A stretch of 64,000 nt of DNA, taken from IMG/VR virus record IMGVR_UViG_3300045988_115217. One strand, given 5' to 3'. Origin of the DNA: a virus. The notes beneath the pieces are model-generated. The model saw only the letters and a program-made list of their open reading frames with translations. It was not told the origin of the DNA and did not search any database. The position numbers and the translations under genes were made by a program. This document shows positions 19,407 to 27,745 of the stretch, one piece after another (position 1 is the first letter of the stretch; every line of letters starts with the position of its first letter).

Positions 19407-19958
19407 ATGACTAAAGAGGAAGAAGATGAAGTCCATCGGTTAGTTCAATCAGTCGGTGTTGTACAGTTGTCAAGAGTAATGTTTAAGGGTATGGACGTTA
19501 GCGAAATGATTAACGTAATTATCCTTGCAGGTAGAGGCTACAGCGTGAAGCTACTCACTTGGTTCAAGCATTATTGTGAAGTGATGCCTCTGTTTATCAT
19601 GCTTTTTCATATTGCATGCATGGTAACATTTGCGTCTCATGAAAAAGAAATGTGCGTATGGTTTAAGGAGAATTGGGTATCGGCAGCATTTATCTATTTT
19701 TCCGTTTACATCCATCCGCTTGTGCTTATAATTGCGAGCAGATTCTTTTGGCTCTGCTACAGATGGCGTATTCCGATGATCATCTACCTATTTGGGATAA
19801 ATGCTATTCATATCGTATACTGGAATGTTTTTACCACCAACGAAATGGTGGAAGCTAATGTTGTAATACTTGTAATGACCATTATATTTTATGTATATGG
19901 TTTTGCCGATAAGTATTTCTCAGGCAAGGGCTGTCAAAGTTTAATCTCTAGATTATAA
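19407..19958 (+). CDS. Membrane protein, unknown function
   Basis: 183 aa, several hydrophobic helices; AAGGAG 8 nt upstream. Confidence 0.55.
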   Translation: MTKEEEDEVHRLVQSVGVVQLSRVMFKGMDVSEMINVIILAGRGYSVKLLTWFKHYCEVMPLFIMLFHIACMVTFASHEKEMCVWFKENWVSAAFIYFSVYIHPLVLIIASRFFWLCYRWRIPMIIYLFGINAIHIVYWNVFTTNEMVEANVVILVMTIIFYVYGFADKYFSGKGCQSLISRL

Positions 19959-19962
19959 TGAT

Positions 19963-20307
19963 ATGGGAAAGTTATTTGGTTATCACACCTTGGGAGTGTT
20001 ATTAAAATCGTTGTCTGACTCTTGCTTTCGAGCAGACGAGCAAGAGAAGAGAGGGGAGAAGGTAACTGCTTGCGGAATGAGCAGCGATGAGATAGAAGAC
20101 CTTTGTGAGAACTATCTGCCGTATGCTCTTAACCCTATGTTGAGCACCGAGGAGGTCAAGGAGAGGCTGCACGTTTCTGATGCTACACTCAATCGTATGG
20201 TTGCAAGGGGCGATATTCCGAACGGAGAATGCAAGAAGCGTGGGCACTCCCGATATTGGAAGAAGTGGGATATACTACACTACATAAAAAGCAAGAGAGG
20301 TAAGTGA
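19963..20307 (+). CDS. HTH DNA-binding protein (excisionase/MerR-like)
   Basis: LSTEEVKERLHVSDATLNRMVARGDIP helix-turn-helix. Confidence 0.55.
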   Translation: MGKLFGYHTLGVLLKSLSDSCFRADEQEKRGEKVTACGMSSDEIEDLCENYLPYALNPMLSTEEVKERLHVSDATLNRMVARGDIPNGECKKRGHSRYWKKWDILHYIKSKRGK

Positions 20308-20322
20308 TTACCTCTCTTTTTT
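20294..20322 (+). terminator. Rho-independent terminator
   Basis: agagaggtaa/ttacctctct stem over the stop codon, then T6. Confidence 0.75.
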
Positions 20323-20419
20323 GTTATTTATGACACTACCTACTATCACCTTAAACTACTGATAATCAACCACTAAAAGAAAGTGTGATAGAGTTATATT
20401 TGCTCTCCCCTATTCTTTG

Positions 20420-20427
20420 TACCTTTG
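20420..20427 (+). promoter_or_regulatory. Bacteroidota -7 box TACCTTTG (late-type TTTGCATCAGTAA family)
   Basis: TAnnTTTG with TTTG ~21 nt upstream; 60 nt before ORF 20487. Confidence 0.6.
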
Positions 20428-20486
20428 CATCAGTAACGTTACAATAGTGTTAGTTAATATTAAGGATAACTTAAAAAGATTGTATC

Positions 20487-21212
20487 ATGGAGATGACAGA
20501 TGCAAAAGTAGTAGAGAAGAAAATCTACGAAGAGGGAAAGAAGCACGATGATTATGCTTCTAAGGCAACAGGTAATGCTGGTCTTACCCTTGGTATCATC
20601 GGCACAGCACTCGGTGCTGGTGCTTGGTTGCTTGGCGGTAACAACCGCAGTGTGTTTGGTTCACTCGGTGGCAGCAATATGCCTGAGAACGTGAATATCA
20701 ACGCCTATGGGGCTAACGCAAGTTCAAATCAGCCAACTGCCTTGCAGGTCATGGAGAAGGAATGCGATGATGAGGTGAAGTTGCTTACCTACATGTTCGG
20801 TATGAAGCTCGACACCGCTAACAAGTTCTACGCTATGCGAGAGACAGACATCGCTGAGAAGTTCTCTATGTATAAGGGTGCTAACGATGCTATCAACGCC
20901 GAGAACCGCCGTGCAATGCAGGCTGAGTTCGGTCTTTACAAGTCTCAGGTTGATGCGGACTTCGGTCTGTACAAGAATCAGAGAGACCAGTACGATGCGT
21001 TGCAAGCAAAGTATAGCGACCTCGACAAGAAGGTAGCCGTTATGGAAGCCCTCACTCCTTACAAGGAGAAGCTGATGATGGCTTACGTGAACGAGAAGTG
21101 CTGCCGCAAGATTGATGGTCAGCTTGTGCTCCCTTCTACGCCAGTAGTTACTGGTTACGGCAGTTACGGCTGTAATTGCACCGCTCCTTCAACTCCCACT
21201 ACAGGAGCGTAA
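20487..21212 (+). CDS. Hypothetical protein with one TM helix
   Basis: 241 aa; GLTLGIIGTALGAGAWLLGG helix; internal FGLYK(S/N)Q duplication. Confidence 0.65.
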   Translation: MEMTDAKVVEKKIYEEGKKHDDYASKATGNAGLTLGIIGTALGAGAWLLGGNNRSVFGSLGGSNMPENVNINAYGANASSNQPTALQVMEKECDDEVKLLTYMFGMKLDTANKFYAMRETDIAEKFSMYKGANDAINAENRRAMQAEFGLYKSQVDADFGLYKNQRDQYDALQAKYSDLDKKVAVMEALTPYKEKLMMAYVNEKCCRKIDGQLVLPSTPVVTGYGSYGCNCTAPSTPTTGA

Positions 21213-21335
21213 CAGAGCAGTAAGGAAGTCTGTAAAAAGGACTAAGAAAAAATGAGTTGGTGAGGGGTGTTTGCCCTCGTTGGCGGATGCCCTCTCACCT
21301 CTCTATAATATATCACCAACTTAAAGATATTGATT

Positions 21336-21827
21336 ATGATGAATTTCGGAAACAGCCCATTATTGGATATGGGTACAAGTCAGCAGCAGCCGCAGATGAT
21401 GGATGCCGAGCTACAGAAGATGTATGAGGCGATACAGCAGAAGCGAGCATCTATCAATATGCAAGCGCAGCAGTCACCCACACCACTCTGGGATGAGATT
21501 GATAAGATTGAGGACAATCTTACAGGCGCACAACGTCAGTACTTGATGCAAAATCAGGAATACGTCAATAGCTTGCAATATGTGTCAAAGCTCGTACAAG
21601 ACGAGGAATTGCGCATCATACGCCCTCGCATTGAGAGTACTCAGCAAGGACAGGAAGCATTGAAGAAACATTTGTCTTTGATGCAGCGTTTGAGAAAAGA
21701 AGTAGCGCAAGCAGAGGAACAAAAATCTGCTATGCTTAACGACTACATGACAAATCATAGCGACAAAACTTGGCAAGAGTATCTCGCTATGGTTCAAGGG
21801 ACAAAGAAGGGAGGAACTAAGAAATGA
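21336..21827 (+). CDS. Hypothetical protein (Q-rich, coiled coil)
   Basis: Start moved from TTG 21330 to ATG 21336; ATGA overlap downstream. Confidence 0.6.
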   Translation: MMNFGNSPLLDMGTSQQQPQMMDAELQKMYEAIQQKRASINMQAQQSPTPLWDEIDKIEDNLTGAQRQYLMQNQEYVNSLQYVSKLVQDEELRIIRPRIESTQQGQEALKKHLSLMQRLRKEVAQAEEQKSAMLNDYMTNHSDKTWQEYLAMVQGTKKGGTKK

Positions 21828-22255
21828 ATGTAACAGAATTGAAAGAGAAACTGCTTACATCGCTTGACTTGTGGGCAGACGCAAGAATTAGCGATATGGT
21901 GAAGGAAAACCCTGCATTGGCTATTCCTTCCGTGTATATGAAGCGAGCTTCACATAACATCATTGCAAAGCACAAGGATAGCTGGGGCAAGAGCATTGAC
22001 AACGCTACCCTATTCATTGCCGATGAAAACGGGAACATAGATGCCAACACGATATTTGAAGATATGATGCAGATGCTAAAATCCGTGGAAGATTACAAAT
22101 TCGATGTGGGTTTTATTCACGGACATATCGACAAAGGAGTTGTGTCTATTGACCTGCCAGATGGAATTGCCACTGCTATCCTATTTGGAAGCAAGCGAAG
22201 CATCAACTTCACAGAGGAGGACTTTGTAGAGTTGAAAGATTTGATAATAGCTTAA
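21824..22255 (+). CDS. Hypothetical protein
   Basis: 143-aa ORF, translationally coupled to upstream ORF. Confidence 0.6.
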   Translation: MNVTELKEKLLTSLDLWADARISDMVKENPALAIPSVYMKRASHNIIAKHKDSWGKSIDNATLFIADENGNIDANTIFEDMMQMLKSVEDYKFDVGFIHGHIDKGVVSIDLPDGIATAILFGSKRSINFTEEDFVELKDLIIA

Positions 22256-22268
22256 AAATATATAAGAT

Positions 22269-22775
22269 ATGGAAGCAAAAGACATTATGAGCAAGTTTGA
22301 TGAGCTGTATGGAATGATGGCTTCATCAGCAAACGTAAAGTACATGCACGTATTCGGAAACACGATGCGCTGCATGATGAAGGATATGGCTGCAAAGCAC
22401 CCAGAGTTGGCGCAAGAGTATCTTGATGAGTTGTGTGCAATCAAGTGGAAGAACTATCTAACAAAAAACGAGGTTTCTGAGATTATAAACGAAATGAATC
22501 CTCCAGCAACTTGGAGTAAACAAAATTGGCTTGATGTGATGGAGAAACTCGGTTATCCATTAGAAGATAAGCCTTATTATAATGATTATGCCTTATATGT
22601 CGCAATGAACCAGGTTGTAAGTGACCATGGTGAAACAATTGCATCTATCCTTAACAAGGATTCTATTGCATTGGTAGAACCTACAGAACTTGCCAAATAT
22701 GCTTACAAATTAGCATTAGACCTTCTTAAAGATAAGGATGGGGTGTATGATATAAGAGAGTACTTTTTAAAATAG
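22269..22775 (+). CDS. Hypothetical protein
   Basis: 168-aa ORF, same operon, followed by terminator. Confidence 0.6.
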   Translation: MEAKDIMSKFDELYGMMASSANVKYMHVFGNTMRCMMKDMAAKHPELAQEYLDELCAIKWKNYLTKNEVSEIINEMNPPATWSKQNWLDVMEKLGYPLEDKPYYNDYALYVAMNQVVSDHGETIASILNKDSIALVEPTELAKYAYKLALDLLKDKDGVYDIREYFLK

Positions 22776-22796
22776 AAATACAGTTTTATCATTCCT

Positions 22797-22833
22797 AAAG
22801 AGAGACTTTTTAATAGGTCTCTCTTTATTTGTT
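22797..22833 (+). terminator. Rho-independent terminator
   Basis: aaagagagac/gtctctcttt 10-bp stem then T-rich tail. Confidence 0.7.
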
Positions 22834-22877
22834 TACAGCCAATATCATTATTTCTTTAAATATTCACTTTTAAAAGC

Positions 22878-22885
22878 TATCTTTG
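22878..22885 (+). promoter_or_regulatory. -7 box TATCTTTG (TTTGCATCA family)
   Basis: 16 nt upstream of holin ATG. Confidence 0.6.
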
Positions 22886-22900
22886 CATCAAAAATAAAAT

Positions 22901-23446
22901 ATGGTAGGACAAGTAGGAAATACAGGTACAAGAGCGGCAGGGATGATGCTATTCGGGGATGAGTTGAGTTGTATGTTACTCGATACCCGATGGATGCTTA
23001 TTGCTATCGTTCTACTTATAATCGCTGACTATCGCTTTGGTTGTGAAGAAAGTAGCCTTCGTCATAAAAATGCTTTAGAAAGCAAAAATCCTCTGCTTGC
23101 TGATAGATATGAATTCAGAGCATCACGAGCGAGACGTAGAACTGCAAATAAATTTGTGGATTACCTTATCTATATAATGGTAGGTGTAGCACTTGGTAGA
23201 GCGTTATTGCCGCCACTCAATATTGATTATATATGGGGAGGATGGGTTGTTACTGCATTTATTGCGGCAAGAATAGAAATCCCAAGCATAGTAGGACATT
23301 TCTTATTTGCTCGTGGTGTGTCGGTCGAGAAGAAAACAATAACGGGCTTCGTTAAAGCCTTTGTCGTAGCCCTTGCAAAATCTAAGAGCGAAGGTGTTGG
23401 CGATGCTTTAGAAGAAGGATTTAAAGCGACGGAGGGTAAAAAATGA
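22901..23446 (+). CDS. Phage holin-family membrane protein
   Basis: 181 aa, 3-4 TM helices, overlaps endolysin start (ATGA). Confidence 0.6.
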   Translation: MVGQVGNTGTRAAGMMLFGDELSCMLLDTRWMLIAIVLLIIADYRFGCEESSLRHKNALESKNPLLADRYEFRASRARRRTANKFVDYLIYIMVGVALGRALLPPLNIDYIWGGWVVTAFIAARIEIPSIVGHFLFARGVSVEKKTITGFVKAFVVALAKSKSEGVGDALEEGFKATEGKK

Positions 23447-23997
23447 AAGTAACAAAGGAACAAATGAAAGCCATCATGCCGAATGCTGGAGAAAGGATTG
23501 ATATATATCTTCCTTATATCAACGATTACGCAGATGCTTTCAATATCAGTACGCCTATACGCATGGCTAATTTCCTTGCGCAAGTGGCTCACGAAACCGC
23601 AGAGTTGGTACATTTACGAGAAATCGGTAATGCTGACTACTGCCATAAATATGAGGTTGGTAAGCTCGCAAAGATGTTGGGTAACACCCAGAAAGGTGAC
23701 GGCTACAGATATAAAGGTCGTGGCTTTTTACATTTAACAGGAAGGGCGAATTATAAAGCTTACACGAACTCAAAGTACTGCAAAGGTGATGTTGTAGCAG
23801 AGCCAAAGCTCTTGGAGCAACCGAGAGGAGCAGTAAAAAGCGGTATGTGGTTTTGGCTAATGAAAGGACTGAATGCTTTAGCTGACAAAAATGACATTAT
23901 TGCTATAACAAAGAAAATTAATGGTGGAACTAACGGCTTGACGAGCAGAACCAAATATTGGAAGAGAGCTTTGAAAGCCTTTAATATAACAACATAG
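23443..23997 (+). CDS. Glycoside hydrolase family 19 endolysin
   Basis: FLAQVAHETAEL...YRYKGRGFLHLTGRANY...KINGGTNGLTSR, class-I chitinase/GH19 lysozyme motifs. Confidence 0.85.
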   Translation: MKVTKEQMKAIMPNAGERIDIYLPYINDYADAFNISTPIRMANFLAQVAHETAELVHLREIGNADYCHKYEVGKLAKMLGNTQKGDGYRYKGRGFLHLTGRANYKAYTNSKYCKGDVVAEPKLLEQPRGAVKSGMWFWLMKGLNALADKNDIIAITKKINGGTNGLTSRTKYWKRALKAFNITT

Positions 23998-24000
23998 CTT

Positions 24001-24582
24001 ATGAAAAGGATTAGAGATTTGTTTTATTGTTTGTCGATTTCAATGCTTCTGTTTCTTATGACGCAGATAGTTATCGGATGTACGGCTACCCCGAAGGTGG
24101 TTACCCGACAGACTTACGTTAAAGAAAAGCGGTCAAACTTGGATTCGATATTCAATGCCCGATTTTTAGCAACACTCGAACTTTATCAAAGAAAGCAGAG
24201 TGAACTGAAAGAAACGAGCAAGTCAGAAACAAACCATATCAGAGATAGCACTTCTGTAACGGTTGATAAAGAAGGAAATATAATAAGAAAAGATAAATAT
24301 CACTACGAAAGTCATAACTACTCTGAGAGCTTTGTACAAAAGCTTAGAGACAGCATTTCTTGCTACAAAGCATATAAGGATAGTCTAAGCAAATATCGAC
24401 TCAAAATCGATTCCTTAGATAATATTAAACAGGATTCTGTGCCATATCCTATATATATACAAAAACCAATGAGTAGAATAGATGCTATGTTCTTAAATTT
24501 TGGTAAAGATATAGCTATATTCGTAGTGGGTTTCATAATAGGAATTATTATTTTGATGACAAAAAAGAAGAAAAAGACATAA
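24001..24582 (+). CDS. Lipoprotein with C-terminal TM anchor (spanin-like)
   Basis: Lipobox-like LMTQIVIGC near N-terminus, C-terminal hydrophobic helix + KKKKKT. Confidence 0.5.
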   Translation: MKRIRDLFYCLSISMLLFLMTQIVIGCTATPKVVTRQTYVKEKRSNLDSIFNARFLATLELYQRKQSELKETSKSETNHIRDSTSVTVDKEGNIIRKDKYHYESHNYSESFVQKLRDSISCYKAYKDSLSKYRLKIDSLDNIKQDSVPYPIYIQKPMSRIDAMFLNFGKDIAIFVVGFIIGIIILMTKKKKKT

Positions 24583-24644
24583 ATTTTTTGATTGTTCTTA
24601 GTTTTCAATAGGTTATGTTTAAGTAAAAGATTGTTAGGATAACA

Positions 24645-24682
24645 AAGGCGGTTACTCGTGAAGAGCAGCCGCCTTATTTTTT
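24645..24682. terminator. Bidirectional terminator between convergent operons
   Basis: aaggcgg/ccgcctt stem, A-run before and T6 after. Confidence 0.7.
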
Positions 24683-25268
24683 AGTACTTCTTGCCTCCGT
24701 GATGATATTCACGAGTTTCGTTATAGCGCATCTTTAAGTTGATATGTTGAACGAGGTCGATATTTAATGCTTCTGCCCATTCAAAAATACTATCCAATGC
24801 ATATAAACAACAAGAGAGCAAAGTCACTTTATTGTTCTTATTATTAATAATATCAATAATACGCTCTGTTACACAGAAAGCTACTCCAGTAAAAGTTAAA
24901 TCGGTATAGCATGATGGTTGAATTTTTATATCCGATTTAACTTTAAGGTAGTTTACTCCCATAAAATCAAACAGGCGAATACAAATATCAGCAATCTCGC
25001 TCTCAACTTTCCCATCTATGTTTTGTCTATAGAAACGTTCTACCAAACCTCCGTGATGGTCGTTTGCAAGCACACATTTAAGTCCGCTTTTATCTAAATC
25101 ATCCATCCATCTGCCTTTGCGGTCAGCTTGTATCGCTTCGGATACCTCGATTATAATCATCATTAACCAATGGATTGTTGGCTTTTTCTCTTCGTGCCAA
25201 CCATGACTAACGGCGTTTTTAAATGCACGTTCTATCCATTCATTTATTTGCTTTCCTTCTATTACCAT
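24681..25268 (-). CDS. MazG-like nucleotide pyrophosphohydrolase
   Basis: EVSEAIQADRKG...IADICIRLFDFMG pattern typical of MazG/dimeric dUTPase-like fold. Confidence 0.6.
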   Translation of the reverse strand: MVIEGKQINEWIERAFKNAVSHGWHEEKKPTIHWLMMIIIEVSEAIQADRKGRWMDDLDKSGLKCVLANDHHGGLVERFYRQNIDGKVESEIADICIRLFDFMGVNYLKVKSDIKIQPSCYTDLTFTGVAFCVTERIIDIINNKNNKVTLLSCCLYALDSIFEWAEALNIDLVQHINLKMRYNETREYHHGGKKY

Positions 25269-25270
25269 AA

Positions 25271-25411
25271 TTATCTGTATTTATGCTTATCACACCAATC
25301 CCAACAATTTGTACCTTCTTCTTTGTTGCAGCAAATGCCTTCTCCGTAAACACTTTCATTAGAGAACGAAATACAATTACCACAACAAGGCTCTTCATTT
25401 TCTTTCTTCAT
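25271..25411 (-). CDS. Small Cys-rich protein (46 aa)
   Basis: MKKENEEPCCGNCISF...GICCNKEEGTNCWDWCDKHKYR; below ORF-track cutoff, translated by hand. Confidence 0.45.
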   Translation of the reverse strand: MKKENEEPCCGNCISFSNESVYGEGICCNKEEGTNCWDWCDKHKYR

Positions 25412-25526
25412 GCAAATAACGTTTTATTGATTTACGCAATAACTTATTTTCCTCTGTAAGCAATCTAACTTCTTCTCGTAGCTGCTCTATGGTATGCAAA
25501 TAAGATATTTCTTCAAGAGTTTTCAT
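25395..25526 (-). CDS. Small coiled-coil protein (43 aa)
   Basis: MKTLEEISYLHTIEQLREEVRLLTEENKLLRKSIKRYL...; overlaps neighbours. Confidence 0.4.
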   Translation of the reverse strand: MKTLEEISYLHTIEQLREEVRLLTEENKLLRKSIKRYLHEERK

Positions 25527-26257
25527 TTTATCAACTCCAATGAGAATCCTTTCTTCGCAACGTGAACCGCTTTACCAGTAGCTTTTGCTACCTCAGAAGA
25601 GAATAATTCGGCATCGCCATTATTTGCACTCATGTGAATAAGTACAATTGCTTTTGTTTTCTCTAATCTATTTTCCTTCAAGCAATTTAAGCACCTTTGT
25701 AAGCTCATGTGAGTAGCCTTTGCTCTGATGCCAACTTTTTTAGGGATAACGCCCTCTTTTATACTCTTTTCAACCAACGAATCGGTATGATTACATTCGA
25801 TAAGAATATAATCGAGCGGAAAAGATAACTTATATTTGATATGATGGCTATCCGTAAGAAAAAGCATATCTCCCATATCGGGATGATAAATGATAAAACC
25901 GCAAGGTTCTTTGGTGTCGTGAACAGTATCGAAAGCCTTTATAACGAAGTTACCAATACGAAACTCTTTAAGCATCGGTATGGCATTGTAATGAAAATCC
26001 TCTTCCTTAATCTTCTTTTCTTCCAAAGTTCCTTTGGTTGCAAAGATGTTGAAAGGTCGTGCATACTGACGAATAAACCCTGCGTGGTCGCCGTGGCTAT
26101 GAGTAATCAAGCAACCAACAACCTTTTTAAGATTTCCTCCAAGTGCTTCTACGGCATCTTTTAAGGGCATTCCGCATTCTATGATAAGTGCTTCGTCATC
26201 ATTCTGTAGGATATACCCATTACCAGAACTTCCGCTACCTAATGTAATTAATTGCAT
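25523..26257 (-). CDS. Metallo-beta-lactamase-fold hydrolase
   Basis: ITHSHGDHAG motif; adjacent to recT. Confidence 0.8.
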   Translation of the reverse strand: MQLITLGSGSSGNGYILQNDDEALIIECGMPLKDAVEALGGNLKKVVGCLITHSHGDHAGFIRQYARPFNIFATKGTLEEKKIKEEDFHYNAIPMLKEFRIGNFVIKAFDTVHDTKEPCGFIIYHPDMGDMLFLTDSHHIKYKLSFPLDYILIECNHTDSLVEKSIKEGVIPKKVGIRAKATHMSLQRCLNCLKENRLEKTKAIVLIHMSANNGDAELFSSEVAKATGKAVHVAKKGFSLELIK

Positions 26258-26312
26258 ATTCTATACTTTTATATATATAGGAGAGAGATTTCTCCCTCTC
26301 CTATATATCATT

Positions 26313-27149
26313 CTACTGCTGTTGCTTAAATATATCAGGCATTTCCTGCTTACCCATCGGCTGAGCTTTAGGCTTGGTTTGAGCCGCATTTTTTGCGGTC
26401 TGGGCGGTTTTCTGCTCATCACTTGGGGAATTATCAGCAGCCCTATTTTCTTCCTTATTCTCGCCGTTATTCATATCGAGCGACTGAGTATTGGCTTGCT
26501 GTTCCTCTTGCTGCTGAGCTTGTGCGAGCTTCTCTTCGGCAGAAAGCTGCTCAGTAGAGGTATTAGTAACAGAAATCTCTTCATAATCGGCATCTTCTGC
26601 CTCATCTTTCGTCTGAAAGCCCATCATTATACCTGGGTCGGTCGTTCTGATAAACCAAGAAGCGGAACGATAACGAAGCATCAATTCTGGGATATTCTTC
26701 CATTTAGGGTTACGGGAATACCAACCTTCATCCTTTGCCATCTGAATTGTTACGACAGGACCTTTCTTTACCTCTCCTGTTTTTACCTCTATGGCGTAAG
26801 CGTACATACCCCAATTATCCTTGCCTCTTTCGCCAACTTCCGCATAACTAAGCGTTGAGTATTTGCCCGTTGCGTTAAAGCAAGCAATAGCAAACTTTGC
26901 TTCAAAGGTAGGAGTACCATGAACGGCTACGAGGTTCTGTAAAACCATCAAAGGGTCAGCATTCATGCGAATAGCCATATTAAGACCAATCAAACAGTTA
27001 CCAATGTTTCCCTTGTAGGCATCAGGTACAAATGAAGATTGAGTAAATACTTTTGCGATTCTCTGCCCTGCTTCAAAACCTTCAATAGAGCCAAAGATGT
27101 TAATACCTTTCTGTGGCTGAATTACAGCCAATTCTTTTGTTTCTTCCAT
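26313..27149 (-). CDS. recT: RecT-family single-strand annealing protein
   Basis: Start moved to MEETKEL (27149); RecT-like core; acidic/Q-rich tail. Confidence 0.8.
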   Translation of the reverse strand: MEETKELAVIQPQKGINIFGSIEGFEAGQRIAKVFTQSSFVPDAYKGNIGNCLIGLNMAIRMNADPLMVLQNLVAVHGTPTFEAKFAIACFNATGKYSTLSYAEVGERGKDNWGMYAYAIEVKTGEVKKGPVVTIQMAKDEGWYSRNPKWKNIPELMLRYRSASWFIRTTDPGIMMGFQTKDEAEDADYEEISVTNTSTEQLSAEEKLAQAQQQEEQQANTQSLDMNNGENKEENRAADNSPSDEQKTAQTAKNAAQTKPKAQPMGKQEMPDIFKQQQ

Positions 27150-27153
27150 AATT

Positions 27154-27723
27154 TTAATTTTTAAATTTCCATTTATAACCACCTGACGATTTAGATTGCC
27201 CATCAATACAATGATATATGGCAAAAACTGAAACGTTTGCAAATGAAGCAGCATCTTTCATCGTCAAAAATTCTTTTATAAATTCCCCTTCCTTAGAAAG
27301 ACATATAACAGGCTTAGATTTTGCTAAAGATATATTTTTCTTTCTCTCTTCGCTCATTATATATTTTTCTCTATGCTTTCCAGTTTGTCCGTCAGAAATA
27401 TGCAAACGAGTTAATGGGTTATTTGAATTTTCTGAATGAGTTACCCATCTTAAATTAGAAACCTTATTATTAAAAGGATTCGTATCAATATGGTCTATAC
27501 ATGGTTTATTATGCGGATTAGGAATGAAAGCATTCGCAACAAGTCTATGAACACATACAGTTTTTTCTATCCCTTTACGAGTAAGACAAACGGTATAATA
27601 GCGTTGCTTTTGCAATTTAAATAATTTACCACAATTTTTACCACATATAATTCTTACATTTCCCATATTGCTAACTTCATAAAGTTTTTCGTACCCAATA
27701 ACAGGTTTCCATATTTCTTCCAT
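27154..27723 (-). CDS. HNH homing endonuclease (NUMOD4 + HNH_3)
   Basis: EIWKPVIGYEKLYEVSNMGNVR; HRLVANAF...DHIDTNPFNNKVSNLRWVTHSEN. Confidence 0.85.
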   Translation of the reverse strand: MEEIWKPVIGYEKLYEVSNMGNVRIICGKNCGKLFKLQKQRYYTVCLTRKGIEKTVCVHRLVANAFIPNPHNKPCIDHIDTNPFNNKVSNLRWVTHSENSNNPLTRLHISDGQTGKHREKYIMSEERKKNISLAKSKPVICLSKEGEFIKEFLTMKDAASFANVSVFAIYHCIDGQSKSSGGYKWKFKN

Positions 27724-27745
27724 ATTATCTTATCTATACGATTTA

